The notes beneath the pieces are model-generated. The model searched no databases, was not told the DNA's origin, and worked only from the letters and a program-made list of their open reading frames with translations. Of a stretch of DNA of 64,000 bases, positions 41,035 through 57,130 are shown piece after piece. A program made the translations under genes and the position numbers. The stretch is taken from assembly GCF_009914755.1 (NCBI RefSeq), contig NC_060930.1; one strand, written 5' to 3'. Source of the stretch: the human T2T-CHM13v2.0 reference genome, Homo sapiens. Within the stretch, counting starts at the first letter, position 1; each line of letters opens with the position of its first letter.

Positions 41035-41610
41035 ATAACAGAATCTTAGCGTTGACGGCATCCTTAATGGTCATTGATTCTCACCCTCATTTTATAGGAA
41101 TGAAGAAATAAGGCTTAAAATGCAGTTCTGAAGGCCCCATGTTATTGGAAGAATAAATATCATGAATCAGATCTTAAAAACTAAATTTGCTGCCTTTTCC
41201 TGGCTTTGGGGTTTTTAGTGATATGATTTCCCCTCTACTAATATATTACTTTATTGAGTTTAGGTTGAATAAAAGCATAAAGGTCATAGTTCTCTTATGC
41301 ACATATTAATTCCTTGACCACTTGCATAATTAACTTTTTGAATATTTTTGGATCATGCTTAACATTTTCTCAGGAGGAATTTCTTAAAATTGCACTTTTT
41401 ATTACTTTTGTCTGTTTTAGATTTATAGAATTGTAGAAATCAAATGAATCTGTAAAAGATCACCCAGTGCAAACTTCTTACTTTACAAATGAGGAAACTG
41501 AGGACCAGAGACTTTTTTTGTCATTTGTACCAGACCCACGGTCAATAACTGAGTGGAGATGAAAGTGCCAGGGTTCTGTGACTCAGTCCATTGCCCTTTA
41601 TAATCTTCTG
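41035..41610 (-). mobile_element. Two MIR/MIR3 fragments (41035-41200, 41420-41610)
   Basis: CCCTCATTTTATAGG...; TTTACAAATGAGGAAACTGAGGACCAGAGA. Confidence 0.7.
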
Positions 41611-42298
41611 CATTGTATTTTTTTCTACTTATATTCTATAAAAAATTAAATTTTGAAATATTTCAAGCATACAGAGAAGTATTAGTGGGATCCTTGCACT
41701 GTAATCCTTAAAATCATAATGTTTTGCTCTGTTTCCTTCCAGACATTTTGTATCTTTATTTTAAAGAATGAACCAGACACGGTTAAGCTGCTTGTGTTTT
41801 TCTGTCCCTCATTTCTACTCCTTTTATTTTAATACGTATTTTTTTTTCAACTTTTGGTAAGAAAAATTGTAAACATGGAAAAGCTGAAAAATCTTACAGT
41901 GATGATTGTATAAACTACTATCTGGATTCTGCTATTAACATTTTACTATATTGCTTTGTTGCATATCTATTCATCTAGTTATTCCTACATTCCTCAATAT
42001 ATCTATTTTTGGTTGCATTTCCAATGAAAGTGCAGATATTAATACACTTTCCCCTGAACACTTAGCATGCATATCACAAAGGAGTATTCAATATTTTTTA
42101 CATTTTTTCTTTTGATGTAAAATTTGCATGCAATGAAATATACTTATAAAAAGTGTACTTTCATCAAGTTTTGACAGTTCCATCTACCTGTGTAACCACC
42201 ACCGTGACTTTGCTACAGAATACTACCATCTCCCCAGAAAATTCTCTCATGATCCTTCTCAGTCAATTCTTGCCCCAAACCACCCAGAAATAACCACA

Positions 42299-42639
<341 letters not shown>

Positions 42640-43343
42640 TAGTTAGTTTTTCCTGTTCTAGAGCTGAATATAAATTGAATCAAACAGTATGTTCTGTTTT
42701 GTGTGAAGCTTCTTTCCCTCAGCACAATGTTTTTGAGATGTATCCATGCTATTGGATATTATCAATAGTTAGTTATTTTTTATTGCCAGGTATTATTCCA
42801 TTGTATGAATGAATCTTGGTTTGTTTATCCAGTTCTCTGTTGACAGAATGTTGGCTTTCTAGTTTTGCTCTATTATAAATAAAGCTGCTATGATAGACAA
42901 TCTAGCAATGCTATAATTACTGTTTCAATTTCTTTTTCCATATATTTAAACTATCCATGTCTTTATATTTAAAATCCATCTTATGCAAATAACATAGAGT
43001 CTTGCTTTTTTAATGTCTGATGATCTCTACTTTTAAATTGGAATTATTAATCCACTTATTGTTAATGTAATTATTAATATTTTTTTATTTAGGTCTATTA
43101 TGTAAAAATTTTATTTTTGCTTTTTCTTTCTCTGTTTTTCATTTCTTTTTTTCTCCTTTGCTGTCTTATTCTAGATTTCACAAATATGTTTAGAATTTTT
43201 AGAATTATGTTTTATACTTGGCTTTTTGGCTATGCTCTTTTGTGTTATATGTATTTTAGTGGTTACTACAGGTGTTACAATATACAATCATAATTTTCCA
43301 CACTTTAATTAGTGTTAATTTTTTTAAATCAAAGTAAAATGTA

Positions 43344-43397
43344 TTAGGTTGGTGCAAAAGTGATTGTTGTTTTGCCATTGGTTTTGCACCAACATAA
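43344..43397. mobile_element. MADE1 (Hsmar1 MITE), internally deleted
   Basis: TA-TTAGGTTGGTGCAAAAG...TTTTGCACCAACATAA-TA. Confidence 0.88.
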
Positions 43398-44103
43398 TAG
43401 AAATGTTTCAACTATATAGGCCCCTTTACCAATTCCCACCTTCTTTTATTCTGTAATTTTCGTATGTCATTTATCTGCATATGTTATAAACCCTACAGTT
43501 TAAATACAGATTTAAACAATATGTGATAAATAAATTAAAACGAAAAAGTAGTCTTTTGTATTTACCCAGATATTTATCATTTTCCTCATTCCTTCCTAAA
43601 GATCCAAGTTTCTATCTAGTATTATTTTCCTTCAGCCTGAAGAACTTTCTTTAGCATTTCTGGCAATGTAGGTCTTTCTAGTAATAAATACTCCTAGTCT
43701 TCTCTTATCTAAAAGTGTTTTTATTTTGCCTGTATTTTTGAAGGATTTTTTTTCTGCATATAAAAGTTCAGTTTGACAGTTTTTTTTTTCTTTATGCACT
43801 TTAAATATGTTCTACTTTCTTAGGCAGTTTTTGTTTCTGATGAAACACGGCAGTTATTTGAATTCTGTATCCAATGTGTTGTTTCTTCTGTTTTTAAGAA
43901 TTTATCTTTGTATTTGGTTCCCACCAGTTTGACTATGTATGCCTATGCATTATTAATTTCATATTTATTCTGTTTGGTATGTTGAAATAATTGAATTTGA
44001 ATATTTATGTTTTTCACAAATTTAGGAAGTTTTTGGCCAATATTTTTTCAAATATATTATCTCTACCATTCCCTCTTCTCTTTCTGGGACTCCACATAAC
44101 CCT

Positions 44104-44514
44104 TGTGTTAGTCAGTTTTGCATTGCTATAAAGAAATATCTGAGACTGGATAATTTATTTTAAAAAGAGGTTTATTGGAATCATGGTTTTGTAGGCTGTG
44201 CACAAAGCATAGTGCTGGCATCTGCTTCTGGTTAGGGTCTCAGGAAGCTTACAATCATTGCAGAAGGTGAAGGGGAGCTGGCATATCATGTGATGAGAGA
44301 GGGAGCAAGAGAAAATGGGGTAGGTGCCTGGCTCTTAAACAACCAGATCTCACATAAGCTTATAGAGTGAGAACTCTACCATGAGGAAAGCACCAAGCAA
44401 TTCATGATTGATCTGACTCCATGACCCAAACACCTCCCAATAGGCCCACCTCCAACACTGGAGGTCACATTTCAATATGAGATTTGGAGGAGACATAACA
44501 TCCAAACCATACCG
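44104..44514 (-). mobile_element. MSTA/MSTB (ERVL-MaLR) solo LTR
   Basis: TGTGTTAGTCAGTTTTGCATTGCTATAAAGAAATATCTGAGACTGG...GGCCCACCTCCAACACTGG...CATCCAAACCATA. Confidence 0.9.
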
Positions 44515-44682
44515 TCCCAGTTAGACATTTTGTTAGTATTCCACAGGTCCCTGAAGTGTTGTTCCATCTGTTTTCAATCTTTTTTCCCTCTTTCTTCTTC
44601 ATTTGGATAGTTTCTATTGTCTTATCTGCAGGTTCACTCTTTCCACTGACATCTCTACTCTTCTTATAAGCCTATCTATTAA

Positions 44683-45013
<331 letters not shown>

Positions 45014-45279
45014 TCTAGTAACATTTTAAAATCAGATTTTGTGCTTTTCAGTTTTAAATTTTCAATTTTAAAAGTATAATTTCTTGAGTGATGTCACCCA
45101 GATGGCAGAGTAGGGGATACTAGCCTTCATACCCCCACACAAAACCAAATATAGACAGCTATTCACAAACAGAAATAGCCCAAAGAGGCTCAAGTTCACA
45201 TTAAAAGATCTGAGGCAATAGAGTGGAACAAATAAACAAACAACAACAAAGGAGAATATCCACATAGAAAGTATTGTTG

Positions 45280-45438
45280 ATGAGACTGGCATACCTGAGA
45301 TACCAGGAAACAGCTAGGAGCAAAGAATAAAAATGAGGCTGGCATACCTGAGATACCAGGAAACAGCTAGGAGCAAAGAATAAAAATGAGACTGGCATAC
45401 CTGAGATACCAGGAAACAGCTAGGAGCAAAGAATAGAA
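45280..45438. repeat. 3 x 53-bp tandem repeat
   Basis: ATGAGACTGGCATACCTGAGATACCAGGAAACAGCTAGGAGCAAAGAATAAAA at 45280, 45333, 45386. Confidence 0.97.
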
Positions 45439-47809
45439 AAGCAGATTATCACTATTAGCTACAAGGTGGGAACCACCATGGTCCCCATCAGCCTACTCCA
45501 CTAAGAACACAAGGATGTCTTGCCACTCAGGTAACCAAGAGCTATTCCTACTGGGAACCCCCAAAAGGGAGATGATGGTTGCACATCCCTTTCCTGCCCA
45601 AGAAGTGGCCACTGTTGAGCTGCTTTGGGAAAGGAGTCACTGCCTCTCTCATCCCATGTGTGCTTTGATGCTAGACCATGGCTGTTCTGCAAGTGCTCAC
45701 ACTCCAGACCAGGGTTCTGCAGCTACACTGAATCCACTCACAGCTTAGACACTGGGACCATTGTCATATTGAGCTATTTCACCCTCTACACCCTAGAGCC
45801 AAGCCCTGATGCACCTGACCATGTCCTGGGTGCCAGCCTAGCTACTACAGAGAGCTAGACCCTGCCTTGACCCTGGAGTTGCACTAATTGTGCACACATC
45901 TATGTGCATACATTTTGACTACCTGGCTACTTCATAAGCATCTGTGCTTCAGCTACGGTTGCCAAGGCAGCAATACAGGTGCCTTAGCCTCAGGTACTGA
46001 CTCAGCTGCCATAGAGAGCTAGACCTCACCCTAACCCTGGAGCCACTGTAACTTTGTTCATATATGTGCTTCCATTCTTGGCTTTCCAGGCTGCTTCACA
46101 AGCATCTGTACCTTACATTCAGTTACCAATGTGGCAGTGGAGATGCCTGTTCCCTGGTTATCAATGCCATTACTTGCTCAATCCCAGAGTCATAATTCCT
46201 CCATTCATGCCTGAGCTTCAGACCTCAGCTCTGTGGCTCTTGCAGGGGTGCCATTCATAAGACACCAGTTCCACCGTGACTGCTAGCAAGCTTATGATCC
46301 AGGCATAGTACCAAGAGGGATCCCCTGACCACAACTTCCCTGGTGAGAGAAAAAGAAATTGTGATGACCTTAGCAGCCATCACCACCAAAGACCCCAACA
46401 GCACTTGCTATCACTGCAAATATCCACATATTGGCTGCTGAGGATCCCTGCAATATTTATCAACACTGACTTCAGCTGACAGAGCTGCACAGAGACTACA
46501 CAGCTGATACCCACACTGGTACCAGAACTGCTGCACTCCACCCAGCAAGTGCCCTCATACTCCCCAAAGGGGAAGGTCTCTCCATAGGAGAGCTAGCCTG
46601 TAAAGACATGCAAGTGGTTACTGCTCTATCAAATGCACAGACATCAATATAAAGCAGCAAGAAACATGAAAAACCAAAAAGATATAGCATTGCCAAAAGA
46701 ACACAATAATCTCCCAGTAGTTAACCACAAAGAAATGGAGATATATGAAATGGGTGAGGAAGAATTCAAAATAGTTCTTTTAAGGAAGCTCAGTGAACTA
46801 CAAGAAAATACAGAGAAACAATTCAGTGAAATTAGGGAAACAATAAATGATCAAATGAGAAATTTAACAGAGAGATTAAAGTTATTTTAAAAAAGGAACT
46901 CAAGAGCTTAAAAATACAATGAATAAAGTAAAAAAATGCAATAGAGAGCATCAGCAGCAGACTCAATCAAGCAGGAGAAATATTCTGTGAACTCAAAGGC
47001 CAGATATTTGAAGATATATAATCAGAGGAGAGAAAAGAAGATCAAAAAGAATGAAGAAAGCTTATGGGATTTATGGGATAGTATGAAAATAGCAAACATT
47101 TGAGTTTTAAAAGTTAATGAAAGAGAAGAAAAAGATAAATGGATACAGCTTAAAGAAGGAATAGGTGAAAACTTTTTAGATTTTGGGAAAGATATATATA
47201 TATATGTGTCTTTCAAATGTGTATATATATGTGTATATATATGTATATATATATGTGTGTGTGTGTGTATGTATATATACATATATACACATTTGACCTT
47301 CCTGTACCTGGAAATAGATGTATCTATATCTATATGTATATAGATATATAGGCATATCTCTTTCCTGTACCTGGAAATAAATCCTGTACCTGGAAATAGA
47401 CATCTATTTATCTATATATCTATTACCAGGTACTGGAAGGTCAAATGTCTCCAGGCAGACTCAACCCCAAAAAGACTACATCAAGACATATTATATAACA
47501 AAATTGTCAAATATGAAAAGGAGAGGATCCTAAAAGCAGCAAAAGAAGAGAAAGCAAGTAACATATAAGGGACTTTCAAGATTTTTAGCAGTGGATTTTA
47601 TAGGAAAAACTTAACAGATGAGGAGAGAGTGGGATGATACATTCAAAGTGCTAGGAAAAAAAAAACCCTGCTAACCAAATATACTGTGCCTGGAAAAGTT
47701 GTCCTTCAGAAATGAAAGAGAGGTAAGGGCTTTCCTAGACAAAGAAAAGCTGAAAGAATTCATTGCCAGCAGATCTGTCTTACAAGAAATGCTTAAAAAA
47801 TGTTCTTCA

Positions 47810-48162
<353 letters not shown>

Positions 48163-48939
48163 TCACTGATAAAAATAAGTCAAATTCAGAATACTCTAGT
48201 ACTGTATAGTGTGTAAATCACTTATATCTTTGGTGTAAAAGTTAAAAGACAAACTGTTAAAATATTAATAGCTATAATTTGTCAACGGTTACACAATATA
48301 AAACGATGTGAATTGTGATATCAAAAACATAAAATGTGTGCATGAAGATGGAGTAAAAGTGTTGTTGTTTTATGTGATCAAAGTTAAGTTGTTATCAGCT
48401 TAAAATAGCCTGTTGTAGCTATAAGATGTTTATGTAAGCTTCATGGTAACTGCAAAACAAAAACCTATAGTAGACACATCAAAGATAAAAAGTAAGGAAT
48501 CAAAGTCTGTCACTAGAGAAAATCTTCTAAACTCAAAAGAAAACAGCAGAGAGGAAGAAAAATAAAAGATCTACAAAGCAACCAGAACAAATTAACAAAA
48601 TAGCATTAGTAAATCTTTACCCATCAATAATTACCTTGAAGGTAAATGGATTCAATTCTGTAATCAAAAGACATAAAGTGGCTGAGTGAAAACAAAAACA
48701 AAAACAAAACAAACAAACAAAGAAACCTCAAGGTCTAACTATATGCTGCCTCCAAAAGACTCACTTCACCAGTAAGGAGACACATAGATTGTGTGAAAGT
48801 GAAAGAATGGAAAAACATATCTGATGCAATTGGAAACCAAAAGAGAGCAGAGGCCACTTTACTTACAGCCGATAAAATAGACTGTAAGTCAAAAACTAAA
48901 ATGAGACAAAAATTTTGTTATATAATGGTAAAGACTTTT

Positions 48940-50030
<1,091 letters not shown>

Positions 50031-50047
50031 GAAGAAGATATAATAAT

Positions 50048-50048
<1 letters not shown>

Positions 50049-50097
<49 letters not shown>

Positions 50098-50142
50098 TCT
50101 ATATATATATATATATGTTTCCATATATATATATATATATAT
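50049..50142. repeat. (TG)n(TA)n compound microsatellite
   Basis: Directly visible. Confidence 0.95.
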
Positions 50143-52704
50143 GGAAACATTGGACTTGAACTACTCTGTATACCAATGGCCTGAGCAGATCATTCTGCTC
50201 AACAGCAGCAGAACACCCTTTCATATTAAGACCACAGAGAAAATTCTTCAGGATAAAAGACATCCAGATTGGAAAGAAAGAAGTTAAATTGTTTCTGCGG
50301 ACCACATGATCCTATGTATAATAAACCCTAAGGACTCCCCACCAAAATTCGTAGAGCTAGTAAGTGATTACAGTAAAGTTGCAAGATACAAAATCAACAC
50401 ATGAGAATGAGTAGTATTTCTGTTCACTGACAACAAACTATTTGAAAAAGAAATAAAGAAAAATCCCATTTACAATAGCTACAAAAATAACATACTTAGG
50501 AATAAACTTAACTAAGCCAGTGAAGATCTGTACACTGAAAATTATAAAACATTGATGAAAAACGTTGAATGAGACACAAATAAATGGAAATATATTCAAT
50601 GTTCATGGATTGGAAGAATTGCTCTTGTTAAAATGTTCATACAACCCCAAATGATCTGCAAATTCAAGGCAATCACTATCGAAAGTCAAAGATACTTTTC
50701 ACAGAAATAGAAAAAAAACTTCTAAAATTTGTATTGAACTACAAAAGGCCACAAATAGCCAAAGCAATCTTTAGTAAAAAGAACAAAACCAGAGGCATCA
50801 CACTAACTGATTTCAAAATGTACTACAAAGCTATAGAAATCAAAATAGCATGGTACTAGTACGAAAACAGCACATAGACCAATGGAAGAATTTAGAGAAC
50901 CTGGAAATAAATCCACAAATCTATTGTTAACAGATCTTCAAAAAAGTGCCAAGAGCACACAATGGGGAAATGAGAATGTCTTCAATAAATGAATACATAG
51001 TGCTGTGAGAACTGGGTATCCACATGCAGAAGAATGAAATTGGATTCTTATCTTACAGCATCTAAAAATATCAACTAAAATTGACTAAGGAATTAAACAT
51101 AAGATCTGAAACTAAAACTAGTTTTTGTTTCCACAAGAAAACAGTGGAAAAACTCCATGATGTTGGTCTGGGCAGATATTTTCTTGGATATAACCCTAAA
51201 AACACAGGCAACAAAACAAAGGATTACATAAAACTAAAAATCTTCTGCACAGCTAAGGAAATAATCAACAAATTAAAGAGAAAAACCTACAGAATGAGAG
51301 AAAATACTTGCAAACCATACATCTGTTAAGGTGTTAATATACAAAGTATATAAGGAACTCAAGTCAATAGCAAGAAAACAAATATTCAGATTAAAAAATT
51401 GACAAAGAACTCGAATAGATATTTCTCAAAAGAAGACATACAAGTGGCCAATAGATGTATGAAAAAATGCTCAGCATCACTAATAATCATGGAAATGCAA
51501 ATTAAAACCACAATGAGACATCACTCACACCTGTCAGAAAGGCTACTATCAAAAAGATGAAAGATAAACAGTGTCAGCAAGAATGTGGCAAAAAGGGAAC
51601 CATGCATGCTGTTGGTGGTGGGAATGTAAACTAGTACAGCCTTTCTGGAAAACAGTATTGAGGCTCCTAAAAAATTAAAAATAAAACTACTCTATGATCT
51701 AGCAATCCCACTATTGGGTATTTATCCGAAGATTATGAAATAAGTATATTAAAGAGAAATCTGCACTCTAGTGCTCACTGGAACATTATTTACAATAGCC
51801 AAGATACAGAATCAAACTTAGTGTTCATTAACTGATGAATGGGTAAAGAAAAGTATTATGTACACACAGTGGAATATTATTCAGCCTTAAAGAGAAGGAA
51901 ATCCTGTCATTTGCAAAAATGTGGATGAACCTGGAAGATATTATGTTAAGTGAAATAAGCCAAGCACATAAAGATACATCCACACTAACTTATAGGTGGA
52001 ATGTAAAAAAGTCAACCTCATAGAGACAGAGAGTAAAGTGGTGATTGTTTACTTGAGGCTGGTGAGAGTGGTTGGGGAGCTGTTGGTAAAAGGTCACAAA
52101 ATTCCACTTAGACAGAGGGAATAATTTCAAGAAATGTATTTTACGTCATGATGACTACAGTTAATAACCATATATTGTATATTTGAAAATTGCTAAGAAG
52201 GTAAATTTTAACTGTCCTCACCAAAAAAAAGTGATAAGTATGTAAGGTGATACGTATGTTAATTATCTTGATTTAGCTACTCCACAATGTATATCTATAC
52301 CAAATCACCATGTTGTATGCATTTGTATTTTGTAAAAATTACAAATATGTGTAATTTTTACTTGTCAATTAAAAACATATTTGATAAAAAGTATTTTTTC
52401 TATTTTCCTTCATTGCAGGCAGATTTTCCTTTAGATCATTGATATAATTGTTTGTTTAAACTTGCCTGAAAATTCCAATATCTAGATCATCTCAGAATTG
52501 GTCTCACTGCTACTCCCTTCCCTTGAAAATGGATCACATTTTTTTTATTCTTCCTATGTCAAATTAAATTCGATTTTTTTGAATATAATGTTTTTTGAAT
52601 TTATGGTTTTTTGAATATAATGTTGTGGAGACTCTGAATTCTGTTATATTCCTTAAAAGAATGTTGATTTTTTTTAAAGGAGGCATTTAACTTAGTTCCA
52701 CTAT

Positions 52705-54780
52705 TAAGAAATTCTGGGTTAAGCAATGATTTCTTAGATATGACACCAAAAGTCTGATTCATACATAACAAAATCAATAAATTTGATTTTAACAAAATTA
52801 AAATATTTTGTCCTTCAAAAGTCAAGCCATATTAGAGAAAATATTTGCAAGTTCTATATCTAATAAAGGACTTCTATCAAAAATATATTAAAAAGGTGAC
52901 AATCCAATTTAAAAAATGGATGTTATTTTATTTGTTTAGTTTTTATTTTTAATTAATTGACAAATTATAATTGTATATATTTATGGGGTATAAAATGATG
53001 TTATGTTTTATAATACAATGTGGAATATAAATATTTAAATATACATTGTAATAACAACACAAATATGATTGGCTAACAAGCACATGAAAGATGCTCGATA
53101 TCGTTAGTCATTACTGAAATGCAAATTAGAACCACAGTGTGATATCATTACACACTTAATAGAAGAGTTGTAACCCAAGACTGAAAATGCCTGGGTTAGT
53201 GATGATGTGGAGCAATTGAGACCCTTATACATTGTGGTTGGAAATGGAAAACAGTTAGGCAGTTTATTAAAAAGTCAAAATGACCTTTACCATATGACCC
53301 AGCAATTTTACTCCTAGTTAGCCTCTCAGGATAAATGAAAACAGGTTCACACAAACACTTGTATGTAACTGTTTGTACAGGTTGAGCATTCATAATCCAA
53401 AAGTCTGAAGTCCAAAATGTTCCAAAATTTTAACTTTTTGAGTGTTGACATGATACTTTAAGGAAATACTAATTTAAGCATTTTAGATTTCAAATTAGGG
53501 ATGCTGAACCAGTAAATAATGCAAATATTACAAAATCTGAAAAAAATCCTAAGTCCAAAATCCAAAATACTTCTGGGCCCAAGCATTTTATGATAAAGGT
53601 TACTCAGCCTGTAGCAGCATTATTCGTAAAGACCTTACACTGAAATAATCCAAATGTGTACCAATTGGTGAATGAATAAATAAAATATGGTATATACATA
53701 TATTTAAATATAATTCAAAATAAAATGGAATAGACTATTGATACATGCTACATCATAAACAGACCTCACACACATTATGCTAAGTCAAAGTAGCCAGATA
53801 CAAAGGACTACACCTTATATGATTTTATTTATAAGAAATGTTTAGAAATTTCAAAACTATATAAAGATAAAGGAGATTAATGTTTGCCTGGGGCTAGTGG
53901 TGGGAGTGGGGATTGATTGCAAACAAATATAAGGAAACTTTTGAGGTGATGAAACTGTTCTAAAATTGAATATTGATGATAATTCCATGGCGTATAAATT
54001 AACTAAAAATTATTAAGCTGTAAATTATGTAAATTACACCTCAATAAAATGAGATATTACTACTACCAGATTTGCTAAATTGAAAAGACTGACTCTACCA
54101 AGTGTTGGTGAAAGTACAGATCAGCTATATATCTCATTCATTGCTGTGGGAAGACAAAATGGCAGAAGGACTATAGAAAACAGTTTGGTAATTTCTTATA
54201 AAATTGAACATACACTTACATATAGCCCAGAAATTCCACTGCTAGGCATTTACTCAAGAGATATGAACATATATATCAATATAAACATTTATACTCAAAT
54301 GTTCATAGCAGCTTTATTTATAATGGTCAACAGCTGTAAACAACTTATATGTGAATGGATGGAACAAATTGTGTTATATTCATATAATGAAATACTTCTT
54401 GGCAATGAAAATGAGTGAACTACTTATACAGCCAACAGCATGGATGAATCCCAAAAGCTTTACACTGAGTTAAAAAAAGCTGGACACAAAGGATTGCATA
54501 CTGTATGATTCCATTTATGTGAAATTCTAGAAAAAGAAATATTGTAATAACAGAAAGCAGATCATTGGTTGCCAAGGGTCAGGGTGGGAGGAGTGAATTG
54601 ATGACAAAGAGACACATGAGACAAAACTTCAGGGTGCAGGGAATGTTCTGGTTCATGATTCTCGTGATGTTTACATGTGTGTATACATTTTTCAAAACTC
54701 ATCAAAGTGTCTGTGTAACATGGAGGAGTTTTCTTGTGTATAAATCACATTAAAAGAAAAACGTTAAAAAATAAAAAATA
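52705..54780 (+). mobile_element. Old sense L1 pieces (L1MB-type to ~54048, L1ME-type to ~54780); short antisense L1MA 3' end at 52925-53027
   Basis: GATTTCTTAGATATGACACCAAAAG; CATATGACCCAGCAATT; TYSPEIPLLGIYSR peptide; GTAAATTACACCTCAATAAA. Confidence 0.8.
53378..53611 (-). mobile_element. Tigger4a MITE
   Basis: TA-CAGGTTGAGCAT...TACTCAGCCTG-TA terminal inverted repeats with TA duplication. Confidence 0.88.
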
Positions 54781-56839
54781 CCTTTTAAGGAGATAAATTA
54801 TAAGAGCAAATTTTTAATGTTTATTAATCTTCCCTGGTTTAAAATTTGATGTAATTTTAAAAATGCCACTTTTATTAATTGTTCCCACTTTTTATTTTCT
54901 GTGAAACCTTACTAATGCCAATGACAGTTTTATCAACCTCTGTACTTTTAAGTAGAGAAGAAATATGTATATATGTATACGTGTGTGTGTGTGTGTTTGT
55001 GTAGTGTAGATTTGTGTATTTTTTTGAATTATGCTATTCAATTTTTGAAGCAGGAAAATTTAGATGCAAAATGCTTAGTTGTGTTCAAAGAAAGAAAGTG
55101 GAGACAGAAGGAATTACGGATGAATAGTATAAACAGTATAAATAAAATAAGGAACCTACGAAGTGGCATATTATTTTAATAACCTATAATAATAAAAAAT
55201 AAACATTTTCTCAAAAATTGCTGAAAAATTATTAATTAAATTAGGAACCAGAATATTTTGAAGTTCATAAACAATTCTAATTTGTTTAAAAATGCAAGTG
55301 ATATCAATGACAGTCTTTTTTGACTAACTGGCTTGTTGAAAAGTTAATCAGATATTAAAAGCTGGGTCAAGATTTTATTTTTCTAGACATAGGACTGAGA
55401 CTGATAATCATGCCAGCCATGAAGTTATTTGGCCAGTGGACTTCTAACTTTGTAGTTAGACGGATGGTGGCTGCTTTATGACCAGGTCAGTTAGTAGAAC
55501 AAAAATTTACTGGGTTGTGGTACTTTAGTTATGTAGGTAGGGAAACTGCAGTGGGTTCAGCCACTTTATTTGATTCTTCTTGTGAAGTCAGAAGTTGACT
55601 GGCCTTGTGTGGAAAAATCAATAAAGCATTTATAAACCTTCATGAAAGAAAAGATTTTTGAAAGGGGGAATATGTTGGTTACATGGAGAGATGACCCTGT
55701 GTGAAGGTGGGAAGGGTTAGAGTAAGCGGATTAAGCAGTAGTGACTACAGGGAACACACGCCAGTATTTTTGATTTATGTTAGCGTTCATGTAGTGAGCA
55801 CTATCTGGAGAATAGCAGTGCTTTTCAAACCCTATTGATGAAGCTCTGCACACACATGGCAGCCTTGGGAAGTTGTTGGAATGTACTGTGCTGAAGGATG
55901 GTGCTTGTGTGTAGCTGATGATCCTTTTTTTCTTACGGGATGCCTGATTTAGTCTATATAGTTTGAATGGATGATATTTGGCTCAGCCTTCTTGCTTACA
56001 TATAAGGTGATCAGTTGCTTTTTCTCTTTAACATTCCTACACAGCCAAATTTATGGTTGTCTAAATTTTAGATTTGAAAGTGCAGTCCCCTTTCTCTCTT
56101 GCTCATTGCTTTCACTTCTGCATGGTTATTTTGTGTGGGTCTAGTTGTGATGGACATGTTAGATTACCAAATATATGATACGGCTCATTTATTTTACCTT
56201 TGGTTAAAATTTGTTTAATTTTTTAACTGGTCAGCATTTATACCACACTTTTAGTACCCCAAAATTTAAGGACATCAGCTTCAGTGAAAAAAGTTATTAT
56301 TGGATTTAGAAACATGATACAGTATAAAGGAAGATAGATATACAGAATTTTATGACTGCATGTCTCTCTATTGATGAATGTTTAGCATAATAGAAATTGA
56401 GTACATTTTCTTAAAGTACAAACACGTTGGTATGAGACATTGCACAAGTGGATGGGCTTTTAGGCTAAATCTGCCTGTATGCTCCTCAAATCTTTCTGGT
56501 TGTATCTTATATAATTTTCACTGCCAAAGCTCCTTTTTAATTTGTAAATGTGAAATGGTTGGATCAAAGTCTTATAAGATTCAAGGATTCTAATCCAATT
56601 TGATGTAGAGCAAAACACAATTTAAAATCTAAATAATTCCCAAACTCATGAAGCTGCTTTCTGATCTACTTTCTTTTCCAATCATCACAAAGCAAGACTC
56701 CTTCTGTAATTCTCTCTTCCCAACATAGGCATCTTTTCCATGCATCTCTTTGGCAACCTTAAAAAAATTACCCTTGCTCTGGTTCATTTGATTTAGTGGT
56801 CTGGAAATTTGAAAATGAGGTTGTCTGTTAAAGGTGACC

Positions 56840-57130
56840 CCCTGCAGTGGCTTTGGCAGCATGAGGTATTCCGGAGCTGGAACAACAATGGCAGGAAGCC
56901 TCTTGAAAGAGCAGCAGTGCTGACATGATTGGGCAGAGCAGCAAAGGCTGATTTCCTCACACCGAAGCTCTCCTGCCCCAGGCGTCTTCCTCTGACTGTC
57001 ACCCTATTAATGCACAGCAATTGCTAGGCAGTCTCCAAGTCATCACCTTCTGAAAAACAACAGATGGGTTAACTGGCTTGAGGTCACTCAATGAGTCAGG
57101 AACAGAGCTGGGGGTTAAGTCCCCGGTCTC
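56840..57130. promoter_or_regulatory. Candidate enhancer
   Basis: Repeat-free, locally GC-richer; SOX AACAATGG 56884, ETS CAGGAAG 56892, MAF half-site TGCTGAC 56918, TGAGGTCA 57079, AP-1 TGAGTCA 57092. Confidence 0.35.

Noticed and set aside
45280-45438. Regularly spaced repeats as a CRISPR-like array
   Set aside because: Head-to-tail identical units with no unique spacers, in mammalian L1 context.
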